A program made the translations under genes and the position numbers. Source: Oikopleura dioica (Eukaryota > Animalia > Chordata). Taken from it: 64,000 nt of DNA. Positions within the stretch are counted from its first letter, which is position 1; every line of letters starts with the position of its first letter. Shown one piece after another: positions 61,120 to 64,000 of this stretch. The notes beneath the pieces are model-generated. The model ran no database searches and had not been told where the DNA came from. It saw only the letters and a list, made by a program, of their open reading frames with translations. The DNA lies in contig OU015570.1 in NCBI GenBank assembly GCA_907165135.1, forward strand, positions 1,695,929 through 1,759,928. The letters are read 5' to 3'.

Positions 61120-61744
61120 CTAAGCTCTTCGAGGGGTGGTGGAGTCCATCTCGATGTCAGCGACGTTCGACTGTTGTGCAAAGCGGCGGAAGCGAACTGC
61201 TTCTTCGGTTTGATCGGCCACGCCGTTGTTGACATCCCTAGCTCTAAGTGGCCTAGCGTCGCACGTGATTCCCCGAATGCTGACCATCGACTGCATCAAT
61301 AAACCCGGGAAATTGCACGGGTCCACGTCCAGCACGTTGGCCACCCCGACCACGTTGTGAACCATGTGGTCGAATTCGCGAATCATGGCATTGTGCCCTT
61401 TGCTTTGCGCATCCACCACTTAATCACTAATGAAAGGATGGTACGGCAGCTCAAGCCTTACCTTCAATCAAATCGCTCAGCTCAGCGCGAACTCTCGCGA
61501 TCATCGCCTCAGCTGGGTTGACCAGCGCAGACGTTACTGGCAGAAACACTGCAGTGTCGATCTTCAGCCCACAATCCGGGCAAGCAGCGCAATCCTTCGC
61601 GCAGTTCACACACACGTGATTATCACACGAGTGGACGATGCACCGTCGCCGACAGAAATCCATCTCACGAGTGCAAATAGAGCACGCTCCTAGCACCGAT
61701 CTTGGAAAGTTGTCCAAGAACATGCGAATTCCATGGGGATCCAT
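61120..61744 (-). CDS. RING-finger-like protein, 193 aa from ATG 61744; exons 61744-61462 and 61418-61120; a short upstream exon at 61888-61859 is possible
   Basis: C-x2-C-x15-C-x2-H-x-C-x2-C-x6-C-x2-C; 43-nt phase-1 GT-AG intron. Confidence 0.75.
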
Positions 61745-62031
61745 TTCCTTCTAAAATCACAACTTCATTAACTCCTCTCGAAATCAGAGGACGATACACG
61801 TGAGCACAAAAGGGTACAAAATAAATATAGCACGTGCACAAATATAAACTAGTGAAACTTCTGGCTTCGCTTCTCTTTCGGTCCGCATAATTTTCTCTCA
61901 CGAATCTTCATGGATCTGCAATTTGACCCTTGTTTCAAACTGTTTGCTTAACCCACCGGTTGTCGCTCGATCATTGGTCCTTGCTGTCTTCGACCCGCGC
62001 GCCTGATTACGCATCACACCTGGCTGGTCAA

Positions 62032-63142
62032 ATGTTCACGAGTCGAAAAGAGAAGAGAACCTGGGATGCCTCGGAAACCCTGCCCGAGTCCGCTCCCCAT
62101 CGCGAAAGTAAAATTCCACGTGACTCCGACGAAGCTCGCCCGTCTGCCAAAAATGAATTTCTCGTGCCAAATCCCGTCGACACTCCCGGAGGTCATACTG
62201 TTTCCGCTGCAAACGTATCGTCTACACCCGTGAAACATCTTCCTGCTGCATCCGACGTGGATTTTGATGCGAGTCGGATCCCTCTTTCCGACAATTTAGT
62301 ATCCGCTATGTCCCTCGATCACACGGAGTTTACCTCGGAGAAAACCATCTCCGAACACGAGACAAAAGTCCCTGCGAGCGATGACACTATGACATCTCAA
62401 GACAAAACCACCATTCTTATGAACACGATCGATCACCTGATCGACAAGAATGCCAGTCGGCTCTCTGTCAAGAGCGAGCCTGACGCTCCAGTTCCTATGG
62501 AGCTGCCGATTCTGCCCACTTTTGTGCCACGTGACCATCTATACACTCGCTGGTATTTAGCAATTTAATTCAAGCCTCCTTTAACTTACTGACCTTTTAG
62601 TTACTCTCTCCAAAATTTACCGCCGAACTTGTTTCCTGAGTTCGAAATCGACGTGTTAAAGTACTATTCACGTGGCCCACTTCTTGTACACCACGTGTTC
62701 GTCGATCTACGCCAGCAAGCTGGTCTTCAGCACCGAATTCTCCAGCATCCATTCTCACGTGTCAAACAATTTTTATTACATATAGGTACGGCTTTGTTTC
62801 GACGCACACGACTCATATTATAGGTCGGACACTTCATTACTCACGAGTGGCTCCTCCATGCAAATTCGAACTTTCCTTTCCTCCGACCGTGGAAATTGCT
62901 GCCAAAGGTTTCACCCCGCATTTGCTCGTGATCTTCGTGGTTTACTCACGTGTTATCTCACCTCACTTAGTGAATACTATCGCGGAAGTTGTTTTATCCA
63001 GCCTCGCACGGAAACTCAGAAGCGGCGCCTCACCGAGCTCGCGCATTCATTGTGCGACAACTTTTTCGCTCAGAATTTCGGACACGATTATCGGCCTCCA
63101 TTTCTCGTCGAATATGACTCGAATCGTCGACCTAGAGAGTAA
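62032..63142 (+). CDS. Hypothetical multi-exon protein with a Ser/Pro/Thr-rich N-terminus (3' structure uncertain)
   Basis: A 48-nt phase-2 intron at 62553-62600 links ORF 61930-62568 to the frame of ORF 62629-62823; later frames are ambiguous. Confidence 0.5.
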
Positions 63143-63944
63143 CCAGCCATTACCCAGTATCGTCCTTAAAACCTCACGTGAACGCAAACGAAACAACTTC
63201 ACTCTACCACGATTTTCTTGCACTCTACCACTCATCTTTCTGATCTTTGCCGTTCTTTTCTTCATCCTCGTCGCTTACGCCGTTTCCTTCTTCCGCGAAA
63301 AGCTCACAGCCCTCGCACACTACGTCCAGTACTTTCACACGTTTAGCCCGGTAATGCCTTGCAGAAAACCGCATTAATATAATATAATTTCTAGCTTCCC
63401 AAAACTCATCGACGCCGACGTCAAATTGGTTTCGACGAGCTCATGTCCGTCAGTGCTGCCGCCTATGACCCCGAGCCTGTTCCTGAGAACTCCCCCGCCA
63501 CCACCACCATGCGTTTTGGTGGTGCAAGCCCTTGGGAATGGTAAGATCAATTATCCCTCAACCATCATGACGTATTCAAGGGTCACTTTCGGGGTCGCTT
63601 CTCTGTTTTTCTTCTCGTGTCTCCTCTGCGCCTGCGGCCATCAAATAACAGCTGTCCTGAGACAATGCACGTGGAGCCTTCCGAATCCTGGATCCAGTCA
63701 CGACGATGGTGAATTCTCCGAAGTAATCGCTCTTCGACGACAAATAGCCGCAGACAAGCAAATGATCAAAGCGCGCAAGGCTCACTCAAAAGTCACGAAG
63801 AAACTTCGCGCTCTCGGCCCCGCTGACGCTGAAATTCCATCCGTCGTCCCGGCGACCGACGCTCACATTCCTACACGTGCTTCTTCTCGAAACGCAGAGC
63901 CACTCCTCCACGTCGCTGACCAAGAAAACTCCTGCTGGGCTTAA
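63114..63944 (+). CDS. Hypothetical two-TM membrane protein with a furin-like site; exons 63114-63350, 63395-63540 and 63581-63944
   Basis: GT-AG introns of 44 and 40 nt keep the frame open; TM1 LPLIFLIFAVLFFILVAYAVSFF, then HRRRRQ, then TM2 WVTFGVASLFFFSCLLCAC. Confidence 0.6.
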
Positions 63945-64000
63945 ATCTCCCTTTCTTTTGTCAACAAATTTCGCAAATTATTCATCGAATTATGATAGAA

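Larger units (their letters stand above)
57093..64000. mobile_element. Putative giant cargo element or endogenous virus: left end plus a gene-dense island running off the window
   Basis: TTAA(57089-57092)-CCCCTATACGGGAGG interrupts a hairpin-element monomer; abrupt GC rise; about 7 tightly packed spliced genes; CACGTG enrichment. Confidence 0.55.

Noticed and set aside
57093-64000. Bacterial or phage contamination explaining the GC-richer island
   Set aside because: Phase-compatible spliceosomal introns of host-like size join the ORFs, and the island is contiguous with a host repeat family.

Overview
This is AT-rich animal genomic DNA made almost entirely of mobile elements and satellites. 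I found no recognisable housekeeping gene, rRNA, tRNA or CRISPR array. Inferred introns of 39-48 nt, TTAGGG repeats and env-bearing Ty3/gypsy elements suggest an appendicularian tunicate such as Oikopleura; that assignment is inference. From left to right the window holds: (1) a 62-64 bp satellite running into a 500-N gap; (2) a decayed gypsy gag-pro; (3) nested MITEs; (4) a truncated LTR element whose Gag has a CCCH finger and a UGA-CUA gag/pol junction; (5) hAT and pogo remnants; (6) a 56-bp hairpin satellite amplified from a dispersed element; (7) a block starting at a piggyBac-like end and carrying cargo remnants; (8) a 15.3-kb palindrome with ~7.45-kb arms, duplicating pol-env of a gypsy element whose gag is split by an intact, intron-containing pogo-family transposon; (9) from 57089 to the window end, a compact island of about 7 spliced genes of unknown function. 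The island starts at a piggyBac-like TTAA-CCC end and is strongly enriched in CACGTG. It is the best candidate for an undescribed system, either a giant cargo transposon or an endogenous virus. All alignments, counts and splice models were made by eye.
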